From contig CM082594.2 in the NCBI GenBank assembly GCA_040954595.2, positions 3,767,319 to 3,831,318 of the forward strand: a stretch of DNA of 64,000 bases. The letters run 5' to 3'. The position numbers and the translations under genes are program-made. Below the pieces are notes generated by a model. The model was not told the origin of the DNA. It saw only the letters and a program-made list of their open reading frames with translations, and did not search any database. Below are positions 54,499 to 64,000 of this stretch, in pieces. Within the stretch, counting starts at the first letter, position 1. Each line of letters opens with the position of its first letter. The stretch is from Balanoglossus misakiensis. Lineage: Eukaryota; Animalia; Hemichordata.

Positions 54499-54620
54499 CT
54501 TTTTTTCAATTATTTCAGTTGTCGCGGGGACGACACTGAAATATGACGATACAACTTTCTAATTTTGAGTAGTTCTGATGACGTACATCCGACATCAACA
54601 TCAAACAAGTTGTACATGAA
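54499..54620 (-). other. Probable non-coding first exon of the Shisa-like gene (5' end approximate)
   Basis: Donor AAG|gtgagt at 54498 on the - strand; in the joined frame there is an upstream TAG and no ATG, so this is 5' UTR. Confidence 0.5.
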
Positions 54621-54673
54621 TGCAGACAGGGCGGTATAGGGTTACCTAGATGGATCCAGATAGATGGTACCGT

Positions 54674-54683
54674 CCGCCATTTT
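54674..54683. promoter_or_regulatory. YY1-type motif CCGCCATTTT near the likely Shisa-like promoter
   Basis: Match to the CCGCCATnTT consensus just upstream of the putative first exon, in a CpG-containing patch. Confidence 0.3.
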
Positions 54684-57600
54684 TGTAGCAAATGGTCGCA
54701 CTAAAACAGCAGTGCCGTGGAAACTGGTAATTGCATATACCCGTAAATATGCCCTGCGTCAATAAACATATGGCGCAGGACACCCGTTGCGTTGGACCAC
54801 CATGGCATTATTTTCGGGAAGTTAAGGATGCCGGAAAACGCAATCAACAGGTTTCCAACTTTAACTCCTTGGTTAAGTGGCAATAGTCAAATTTAGCTGC
54901 AGACGTCATGAATGCTGGCACCCCTATATGTGTCTGGTTTTGTCAACATATTGATATGCTAATGATACTGCGACAAAAGCCACAATTAAACAGTGTTTCA
55001 TGTTCCACATCTGTGTAATAAAATATCCAATGTTTTTAATAGAATGTCGGTATTGGTGACAAATTATCACAACTTTGCCTATATTTGCGATCGAGGGTGG
55101 TCCCCATAATCTTTAACAGCTATACATCGCTTGAGAAAGGGTAATTCTACAGATTGGCCGTAAACACAACTGTGCAGCAACGTTAACCCAATTACCAAAT
55201 TACCATGGGACCTGGTGACGCATACACTTGTTGAAATTTAAGATTTAGCACACTGGGAATGTAACACTTTATGCGAAACAAGAGATTACAGAACGATGTA
55301 TTTGTTTAATCACCATCAGCTGGACACTAATTTGGCTTGGTATTGAATAGGATGATATCTGTAAACACCGGTTGGTTAGTTCAATCCTGTGCTTAATGCT
55401 TGTCAAAATATGTTACACTGATTTCAATATTATTTTTATTGTGATATCATAATTTATCAAAACTCATGCTGGCCACGATCATATAGACTAAAACTTACAC
55501 AGAGTATGTATACTTTTATTTTTATTTCTAAAAATATCCCGATTAGTACGAAAATAGATTCCATTATGTTACTTACATATACATAATATCATGAATGTTC
55601 TCCTATCACTATCTTACATTGCCGTGTCGCTTAAAATTAAATTTCTCTCGCGAAAAATGATTTCAAGTAAAATAAGAACCAGAGTATGTTGTATAAGGCG
55701 TGTACATAAATACAGTAACAAAGAGTTGTGTTAAAGTTGAAATATTGGACTTACACATAGTGTTTGAAGGACAGAAAAACACTTTTTGATGTAAGCTTAT
55801 AAAGCTAGAAACAAGAAACTGCCACCGTTTCCCTATCCATGGCATAACAAGCCAACTTTTCTATATGTTATAAAACTAACATGTCACAACCTTGTCACAA
55901 ACATTTTATTAATGAGGACAAGGGGTAACTTCAATGATTGAATTTAACCCTTGAACCGAGGTCACCAGGGGGTCAGAGTTCATAGGGTTCTATAATGTAC
56001 ACCTCAAACACACGATTTTCAAATCTGCTCACGTTTCGCACATTTACACGTCAACTAGTCTTTCAAGAACCTGGGAGTAACTGTGAAATTGACAGAATAT
56101 ATTTCAGGGTGCCATCATTTCAGAATCAAAGTAGCTGCCAAATTCTTTTCATCTTTGTGGAAAAAATGGATGGTTGATGCATGGTATTGAAGAGGATAAT
56201 ATCTGTAAACGCTGGTCGGTTATTTAAATCCTGTGCTTACGCTTATGCAAGTGTGATTTTAAAGACCTTTCATTTGTCTGTGATGAGCTAGTAATTTTAA
56301 TAACAGGCAGTGCATTTATATTTTTGATGATTTGGTCATACTTCATGATCCCAGAACTGTTTTGAGAGAAATCCAAAGCATTCTTGGTACCCAATATTCA
56401 TGTAGCTATATCACCAGTGACTTTCTGCGATTTCTTATTTTTCTAACAAAACTAAGATGAAGATTTCCAGACTACTCTACTGGGACTTGTGAGCAACTTT
56501 CATCTGCAATTGTCATGAATTAATAACTAGATAAAGATAAAAATTAAACTACTAAATCATCGTTCACAGACAACAAAAAGGCACATGATTGCATCTTATC
56601 CAAAACCAAGCTAGTCCACCCACTTCTATTTGCATTGGTGCAATCTGACCACTGAGACAATAGGGTGAAACCAAAATATGGTGCTAAAAGGTAAAACAAT
56701 CATTAATAATATTGCCACAATATTTCACTGGGTAGCTATGGCTAATGTTGCACTGGACATGAACATGTCAACTACTACAAGTTAACTTTGGTAAATGGTT
56801 TCCGTAAGTCATAATAAGTTAAAAATCTATCTACTGTTATCATAGAATCCCTCTCCACATTTTCCTAGTCTAACAACAACTCACACTCTTTAATGAGTTT
56901 GAAAGTTTTGACACACCAGCTCACAATATTGCCACAAAGATTCTGGTAACCCACAGAGTGTACCAGTTTGAAACACACTTCTTTGTGCCACCACTGGCAG
57001 TTTCAGCGGGAATGGCAACAGTACATGGAATGCCAATGTTCAAGGGTCAGAGTTCACAGGTCACAGGAGTGCAACAATAAAGCTATTGCTAATCCTGGTT
57101 TACTTATTAAAGGTCTTCTCTCTGCTCATCTTTAAATGACTTGGGCACACATAATTAACTACTGGACTGTGTATTTTACTCATATAGCTACATTTTGGTG
57201 CTTGTAAAAAGGCTCAAAAACACTGGCTGTAAAATAAAATTACAAACCTGTTGGACGCAATTTTGTCAAGAATGAGCGGTAAACACTGAACTGCAGCAAG
57301 TAGACAGACTTTTGACAAGCCAACAGCTGTTCACCGTACGTCGCCATATTGAAAATACCTGACAGTCACCAAGCTATGAAAATGCTATCCACTAGATATG
57401 AAAATATCTGGTAAATGGAATATCTTGGAAAGAACTGCTCCACATACAACTTTCTACTACAGATTATGGGGAGAGTTTGTGGATTGTAGTCAAAAAGTGA
57501 TGTTTGAAAACATCATGGCTCATGTGCGTCACATAGCAAAGAAACATACATTTATCTATTGCAGGTGCATGGGTTAGCATTCTCGGAAATACTGGCCAGA

Positions 57601-58201
57601 ATATGTCATGTCTTGTGCTCAACTTTAACCCTCAAGAATGCACTGCACTTTCTGTAAAGTAAAAATGTCCAATGTCAGTCTGCTCTCTGAAAAATCAAAG
57701 AAAATTGATACTAAACCTGCACTAAATTTACTGATATTTGAAATTCAAAATGGCTGCCAAACTCTTGATAGTATCATGGAAATTTGAATCTTTGCATTTC
57801 TTTGGAAACAAGACAGTAAGTGTCATAATTTCCATTTTTTTAAACAATCCCCCATGAGCTTGCAACTGTATAGGAATGGATGGAAAATTTTAAAGGACTC
57901 TTGTCTGCAAGGCTCACTATACACTCACTCTGTGGTTAAAAGGGGTGCTTAGCTAATTTACATGTGCCCATATATGGCTAAAATGGCTGTTTTCCTAATA
58001 TACATATATGCCCATATATGGTAAACAGGAACATGTCTAAGTGATGTTATGACTATGTCTGGTGCATTTCTTTGTTTCATGTGCTCCCATTTCGACCTAG
58101 CGACACTCTGTGATGGGCTGCATCTCCAGTATCCATGGCGTCTGTTGCTAGATTTATACAAATGACACTGTACCTCGAACACCTCTTCCAAATTCGACTG
58201 T

Positions 58202-58264
58202 TCAAGATGGAGAATTTGTCAACGAAGCTGGAAACAGACCCATGGACACGTAGTCATCAACCAG
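58202..58264 (-). CDS. SDR-like last coding exon
   Basis: ttcag| LVDDYVSMGLFPASLTNSPS* (TGA). Confidence 0.85.
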   Translation of the reverse strand: MVDDYVSMGLFPASLTNSPS

Positions 58265-61200
58265 CTGAAATGAAAACAAATATTTCAGATTTATCACAGA
58301 AAATTTGTCTGATTTGTCGAATAATCTCAAAATTTCACACGATTTTGTACACACCGTCCGACGAATTGAAATTGAAACATGACCCACCTCTTGTAAACTT
58401 TCCTGAGTTAAATACGGTTTCTCCAATGTAAATCCAGTGTTGGCCAGCTTTCTGCCGTCGAGGTGAAGGTGTTTGTTGTACAGCAGTTCTTGGTCAATGA
58501 ACGGACTCAGAGGTGTGTTGCCAATTTTGTCGAGCTCGCAAGCTTTGGACCACGGGGCCATGTGTTTATCATTGGATTCCTCCACCACATCAGCCATTGT
58601 TATCTGCAAGAAAGATGAAAAATGATAGTCAGCAATGGCTGCAAGGGGTTATAAGGAACTTCTGTAATCTTAAGGTGAAGGGGCCGTCGCGCCGCGTTTG
58701 TTTATTAAACATTACAATTCATCTACAAATCCCTGAAATTAGATAATTCTTAGAATGAACGAATCAGCCAACCGAAGCAAAGATGACAGCAACTGAAGAT
58801 CCTAGTACGTCGTGGAGTCTGCAGTGTGGTTTGCGCTGGTATGGGAGGATATATTCTCATCAAGGGGGACACCCACGCGGTGCGACTACCCCTTCCCTTT
58901 AATACAGACCTTGGATAATTTCAGGTTGTGAAAATAATGTAAACCCATTACATAACATTTGATATTAATTATTATGTAAAACAGACAGTATGCCGTGAGT
59001 AATAAAAAAATTGAAAAGGTGAGAGTAGACAATGATTTCAAATTCGCACAGCTGTGGAAAAACCAACCAGACAGACAGACAGACTGCAATACTTATGGTT
59101 GATGTTTTACCACAATTATTAACATTTTTTTCAATAGTCTGCAGCAGATATCTGAAATAAAAACTGTATATTGAAGGCAGCCTTTTGATAAACAATGGTA
59201 TGTACAATATCGGTTTTGACAGATGCTATTTTAACTTTCTGCCGGAGACAAAATGAGATTTCCGACTGAACAGATGCTGCCACGGAAAACAGCTGTTACC
59301 ACCATTAATTTCACCAAAACTTCAACATGTTTTAATGAAAGGGAAAAATGGCACCTTGATGCAAAATATATAATAAATTCCACCAGACGACTCGTACTTA
59401 CCTTTGCAATGTTTGAAATGATGGATCCAAGGTAATCATGCTCGATGCCAAATATATTTGAAACTAGCGTGGTGATGCTCCCCTGGGCTGTTATTCAAAA
59501 ACAAAGGTTCATTGTTTTCAACCAGGCACTTCACATGGAATCAAATGTTGGTCCCTATTGTCCAATGTAAACTACTGTAAAACAGGTTATTTCCGAGAGC
59601 AGTAAATTTTCGCAAAATACGCAAGAGCCCAAACAACGCGAAAATAAAAAGTTGCGTAAAAATGTCTTTTCGGAGATGTGAAATACGAGAACGCAAAAAT
59701 TAATCCTCACGTAACAGTTGCCTCTTTTGATATCGCGAAAATTTCCTGTGGCGAAAATAACCCGTTTTACAGTACCAATGAAATGACCGTGCATTATGAA
59801 AATGGGCATCATATCCCAGTTTATTATGTTGTAAACAGTCTACATTGCACGGTTTGAGAGACGATTATGTGTGGGTGTGTTTCTATTTTCAAGTGTATTT
59901 TCAGAGTGATTATCTTCCTGGCAGTGTCATGGGTCAAACTTTCACACATTGACCTAGATTGGCGGGCACTAACCCTGTTTAGTTCCATAAACCAACACTC
60001 CATCACTGCACACTTGTAGCCATTTGGGGGATCCTCAATAATTGGGGGGAAATTCTAAGGGTATACATGTAATTGCCATAGCTGGGGTCTTTGGTCCTTG
60101 CAAAATATAAGTTTACAAAGAACAAAATTCTGCACGCCAATCTCCTTACTCCTAATTTGATGTTTGTAATGATAGGATACTTACTTGATTCAGAACCATC
60201 CACAACATTATAGACTTCACGCAGTTTGCCGGCTGTAGTTAAATGCCATATTGCACGACACACGTCTAACACGTGGACTGTGTTCATCTTCAAATCTTTG
60301 GTCCAAAGTAACTGAAAATTGGCAAAAATTAGATACACTGAGCCAACATAATGCAAAACACAATGACTGTAGCAAAGCTGTCATGGTGGTGTGGTGTTCT
60401 TTATTGCACAGAGAGTGAGGCATGCATATGCACAGCTATCACCGTTCTCAACTGAGCTTTCGTCTGAACCAAGTATTTTAATGGTACGATGGACTGTTTT
60501 TATTAAAAACGATAAATCTCAAAAAAAAAATCTCACAAAATTGCTGCTATTGTCCTTTCTCTTGCAACACCACAATTTACATATCAACTGAGTACACTGC
60601 ACTGTGATGTACAGGTTATTGCAGAAAACAAGAAGTCTGGACTTGAAATTATTCACATATAACTACCAAAGGCAGAAATGGTTGACCTTTATTGACTATT
60701 ACAAGGAAGTGAGAAAACTATTTCATTGTTATCCTCTCAAGGGTGAGTTATGGGGTTAAATTCCATGTTATTTTTACCTTTTAGCAAAAACTGCAAAGGA
60801 ATTTACTTTGGCTATTTTCACACTTGCCATAAAACTTTTCCGATCACATAATATGTGGATTTTTTCCTGTAGATATAAATTTAGAGCTAAACCTAGATTT
60901 TTGCATCAGCTAATGTTTATATAAATAACATAGTGTGAAATGAGGACAGTAAAAATAGTAACAACTTAATTGGATTTTTGAGATGTGATGGTTGGCATTT
61001 GAGGGAGAGACCTTACAGGGTAAAGGTCATAAGGTTTTGATATTGAATTGAATTATTTATTCGTGGTGTGTAAGGTTTATTTATGGAGCTGTTTGATAGG
61101 CCTACTTTAGAATAAAATTTTGCATGTCAACTAGTGTTCTACTGAAAAACAAATCAAATCATGCATATATTGGAATAATTGTAACTCTATATTTATTTTC

Positions 61201-64000
61201 ACACAGCCATTGTTTGTACCACGATCTAGTCAATTTCTAGGTTTCACCTACTGTTGAATGTTGCTGCTGCTATCCAACATTCTGCCTATGGTGAGGAATG
61301 ATGCCCTTCACCCCCCCCCCCCCAAAAAAATAATACATTCTCACAATATTTACTTGTCTACATGGCGACAATACACTCAAAGAAATTCGGCATATTTCAG
61401 AATATGCAAGACAGTATGAATATTTAAATTCTCACTTTTTTTACAAAATATGCCTGGATAGTCTTACCTTCATTTTTTCTTGTAACTGTTTGTACACAGC
61501 TCCTGCTATCAACCTGGGAGCTGAAATTGTAAGTGTGAATTATCATCATGATTAAGTTGTAATATTTTATGCCATTTCAAGACAGAAGTCTGAGAGAATG
61601 AACGTTCATGGCTGCCTTTCTGTCTGTGCAGCCATTCAGTACTTGAATTTGTGTATTGTATTTCCTCATTTCAGAGAAGAAGGACAGAGGAAGGGTGTCT
61701 GAAACAGATGCATGGAAATAAGTATACAAAAGGGTAGACCAACCAACTCATTACAGTGAAACCTGTCGTTATGGACACCTCTCTTATCAGGACACCTGTC
61801 TATTAAGGACAGATTTTCTGTTTCCGTAGGTGTCCTTAATAGACAATTTTCACAGTACAGGATTATTCATCTAGTGCAAGAAAAGTGACTTTTTTGTGCA
61901 TTCATGTGGTGTTATGTGGTATGGTGTGGTGTAGTACGGATGTGATGTGGTGTGGTGTGCTGGTGTTGTGTGGTAATGTTGTGTAAATGTGATGTGGTGT
62001 GGTGTTTACATGTACACGTATACATGTATGAAAGTATTCAGTGAGACAATACAAGAGGTCATGTTAATATCACCAACAATACACAACTTGCACTACTTTA
62101 TGTGATTGCAAAGCCTCATTATGTTCTTTTAATTCAATACTGTGAAGACTATCTACTCACTCAGTCCTAATTTATCTCCAATACCATACACGATTGCCGG
62201 TCTGAGAATAATGTAGTTGAGCCTGCAAGTAGGGAACAGACTGATATTATCATATGTGTAAAGTTACAAGCATGTTAAAATGTTGACAAGTCAGCTTGCC
62301 TGCGCAGACAACATGCATTTATGTAATAGTAGCTATGATACTTGCATAATGGGAAGTTACGGCTGAAAATGTTTATGATTTGATCAGAATTTTTCACATA
62401 ACATTCTTCCCCATTAATACATTCAGCAAAATTCATCAAATTTAAAACCATTTTTTACAGCCAACCAGCAATCAATGAGATTTTGCGTTAGAAATTCCAT
62501 ACTCACCCTTCAATTTTGGACAACTCTTTTTCTACTTCTAATTTATGCTTGGCTAGGTGAGTCCACGGTGATGTTTTTGAAGTTTCGGAGCTTGCTTTCT
62601 GAAACAAGACAGTAAAAGAGTCAGTGTTATCATAATTAACAATGACAATTACTTGAGCGTAAGAAAACTGCAGAAAACATCTGTCAATACGAAAAAAAGT
62701 ATGACTTTTATTCAAGAAACCAGACACTGAGAAGGACGAACCATGCAAGCTAACTTACATCAACAACAAATTACTGAATTCAGAAAAACTTCACTTTTCT
62801 TACAATTCTTCTTTCCTTGTTTTGTTACATTTGTCATAATTTTCACCCACATAATAACATTACTATGCCTGACTGTAAAATTATGGTCATAAAATAGTAC
62901 ATAAAAAGTGGCTTTGTGACAGGAAGTGATGCCACTGCATTTATATAACAGGAAGTGATGTCATCACCTTGTCAGCGGAATAGACTTGGCCTGTTGAAAC
63001 TTCTACAAATAACTTGACTTTTCTTTTGGCAGCTTCTCTTGCACAATTCAGGCTCAGTTTCACAATGCCATCTTTGTAGACCTGCAAAGGAAAAGAAACG
63101 TGGTGTCTTAGTTGGCGCAAAAATGAACAGACCACTTTCATGACCCCTGTGTGACTTTACATCCTGACATTTTGTCGCTACGAGGTTACCATTTGGATGG
63201 TACTTAATGTGTGCACTCTAAGTCTAACTCTCCCCAGAACAAAAATTTGATTTTTGTCTGTTAGGATAAGGGTGAAAAGTTAAATTATGTATAATGTCAT
63301 AGCAGCTGAAATACACCAGGATGTAAGGTCAACCAGGGTTCACAAAAGTGGCATATTAATCTACCATATTATGCAAAACTTGGTAAGCTTCCTGTACTAT
63401 CATTTTACTCACTGGCAGTTACAGGCACACTCATACAACTTCCATTAGTGTGAACATCCTGAGACTTGACTGACTTTGCAACTACACAATCAATTCTATG
63501 GAAAACTTCTGCTTTTAAGAGCGAAGTTTTTTCAGTGGGTGGGATATTTCTGTTCTAGATCCCACTGTCCACAGTATTTTTTGACATTTTTATGTTGCAC
63601 TCAGACATATCCACGTGTACTTCCTTTTTGTTTTGACATAAAAAAATTCCAACATGTTTTGCAAGGGTTTGGGAAATATGTGTATTGACACATTGAAAAA
63701 TGTCATGATTTGCACCATTCTGTAGAAAAGAATAATACATGTCATATGTTAAAACCTCCTGAACAGGAAACCAAGTCAGAGTGTTATGTATTAATCCCAG
63801 GCACTCAGACACACACCCATGGTGACCTGTAACATCATTCAGACATTTCCTTCCCAATCGGGATACAATGGTTAATGTGTGTGCCTATATCTCTTAAATT
63901 TGTTGATAATGTATATACTGCAAAGTCAATTACAAATGCCAATTTTGATTAAAAAGAATGCAAGGTGTACAGCACAGTACATGTTACTCACTGGCTCACT
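58202..64000 (-). CDS. NAD(P)-dependent epimerase/dehydratase-like (extended/atypical SDR) protein, 5' part outside the window
   Basis: complement(join(58202-58264,58388-58603,59402-59487,60185-60311,61468-61520,62161-62222,62507-62598,62968-63081,63992->64000)); GT-AG introns with matching phases. Motifs FVEVSTGQVY, LRPAIVYG, NTVHVLDVCRAIW and EVYNVVD are typical of extended SDRs. Confidence 0.88.
58388..58603 (-). CDS. SDR-like exon
   Basis: tgcag| ITMADVVEESNDKHMAPWSKAC...NTPLSPFIDQELLYNKHLHLDGRKL...LQE |gtgggt. Confidence 0.88.
58670..58902. mobile_element. TTAA-flanked MITE with a ~25-bp imperfect TIR, in an SDR-like gene intron
   Basis: ttaaggtgaaggggccgtcgcgccgcgt ... acgcggtgcgactaccccttccctttaa. 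Confidence 0.7.
59402..59487 (-). CDS. SDR-like exon
   Basis: aacag| QGSITTLVSNIFGIEHDYLGSIISNIAK |gtaagt. Confidence 0.86.
59573..59774. mobile_element. TA-flanked MITE with CTGTAAAAC TIR and internal CGCGAAAAT-like subrepeats
   Basis: tactgtaaaacaggttatttccg ... cgaaaataacccgttttacagta. Confidence 0.8.
60185..60311 (-). CDS. SDR-like exon
   Basis: ttcag| LLWTKDLKMNTVHVLDVCRAIWHLTTAGKLREVYNVVDGSES |gtaagt. Confidence 0.88.
61468..61520 (-). CDS. SDR-like exon
   Basis: ttcag| PRLIAGAVYKQLQEKMK |gtaaga. Confidence 0.86.
61752..61857. mobile_element. Short TA-flanked CAGT-type MITE (Tc1/mariner-pogo-like ends)
   Basis: tacagtgaaacctgtc ... gacaattttcacagta, with internal ggacacct repeats and a gtctattaaggaca / tgtccttaatagac inverted pair. 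Confidence 0.65.
61906..62005. repeat. Degenerate (GTGTG)n pentamer repeat
   Basis: gtggtgttatgtggtatggtgtggtg...gtggtgtggtgt. Confidence 0.75.
62161..62222 (-). CDS. SDR-like exon
   Basis: tgcag| LNYIILRPAIVYGIGDKLGL |gtgagt. Confidence 0.88.
62507..62598 (-). CDS. SDR-like exon (active-site helix region)
   Basis: ttcag| KASSETSKTSPWTHLAKHKLEVEKELSKIE |gtgagt. Confidence 0.88.
62968..63081 (-). CDS. SDR-like exon
   Basis: tgcag| VYKDGIVKLSLNCAREAAKRKVKLFVEVSTGQVYSADK |gtgatg. Confidence 0.88.
63992..64000 (-). CDS. SDR-like gene, truncated exon at the window edge (...SEP)
   Basis: AGT GAG CCA|gtgagt, phase 0 matches the next exon. Confidence 0.55.

Overview
Eukaryotic, intron-rich, AT-rich animal DNA. 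It is most consistent with a marine invertebrate, possibly a deuterostome; this is an inference from gene structure and repeat style. Three spliced protein-coding genes could be assembled by hand from GT-AG junctions with consistent reading phase. (1) A complete + strand receptor guanylyl cyclase of the natriuretic-peptide-receptor (GC-A/GC-B, NPR1/NPR2-like) type: 21 coding exons, 18526-45946, 1065 aa. (2) A small - strand Shisa-like single-pass membrane protein with PY motifs: 52384-51259, 216 aa. (3) The 3' part of a - strand NAD(P)-dependent epimerase/dehydratase-like (extended/atypical SDR) gene that runs off the right edge, with its stop at 58202. The left ~17 kb has no intact gene but holds phase-compatible exon-like pieces that look like a decayed death-fold (DED/death-domain) gene. 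Non-coding DNA carries TTAA- and TA-flanked MITEs (one is a ~355-bp near-perfect hairpin), microsatellites, local duplications, a cluster of CRE palindromes and a strong excess of TACATGTA. There is also a visible CpG-depletion boundary near 55.5 kb. No CRISPR array, rRNA or tRNA was seen, and most ORFs in the supplied track are spurious. I did not find a clearly new biological system. The best leads are the orphan NPR-like receptor, the Tyr-less SDR, the signal-less Shisa-like adaptor and the death-fold relic.
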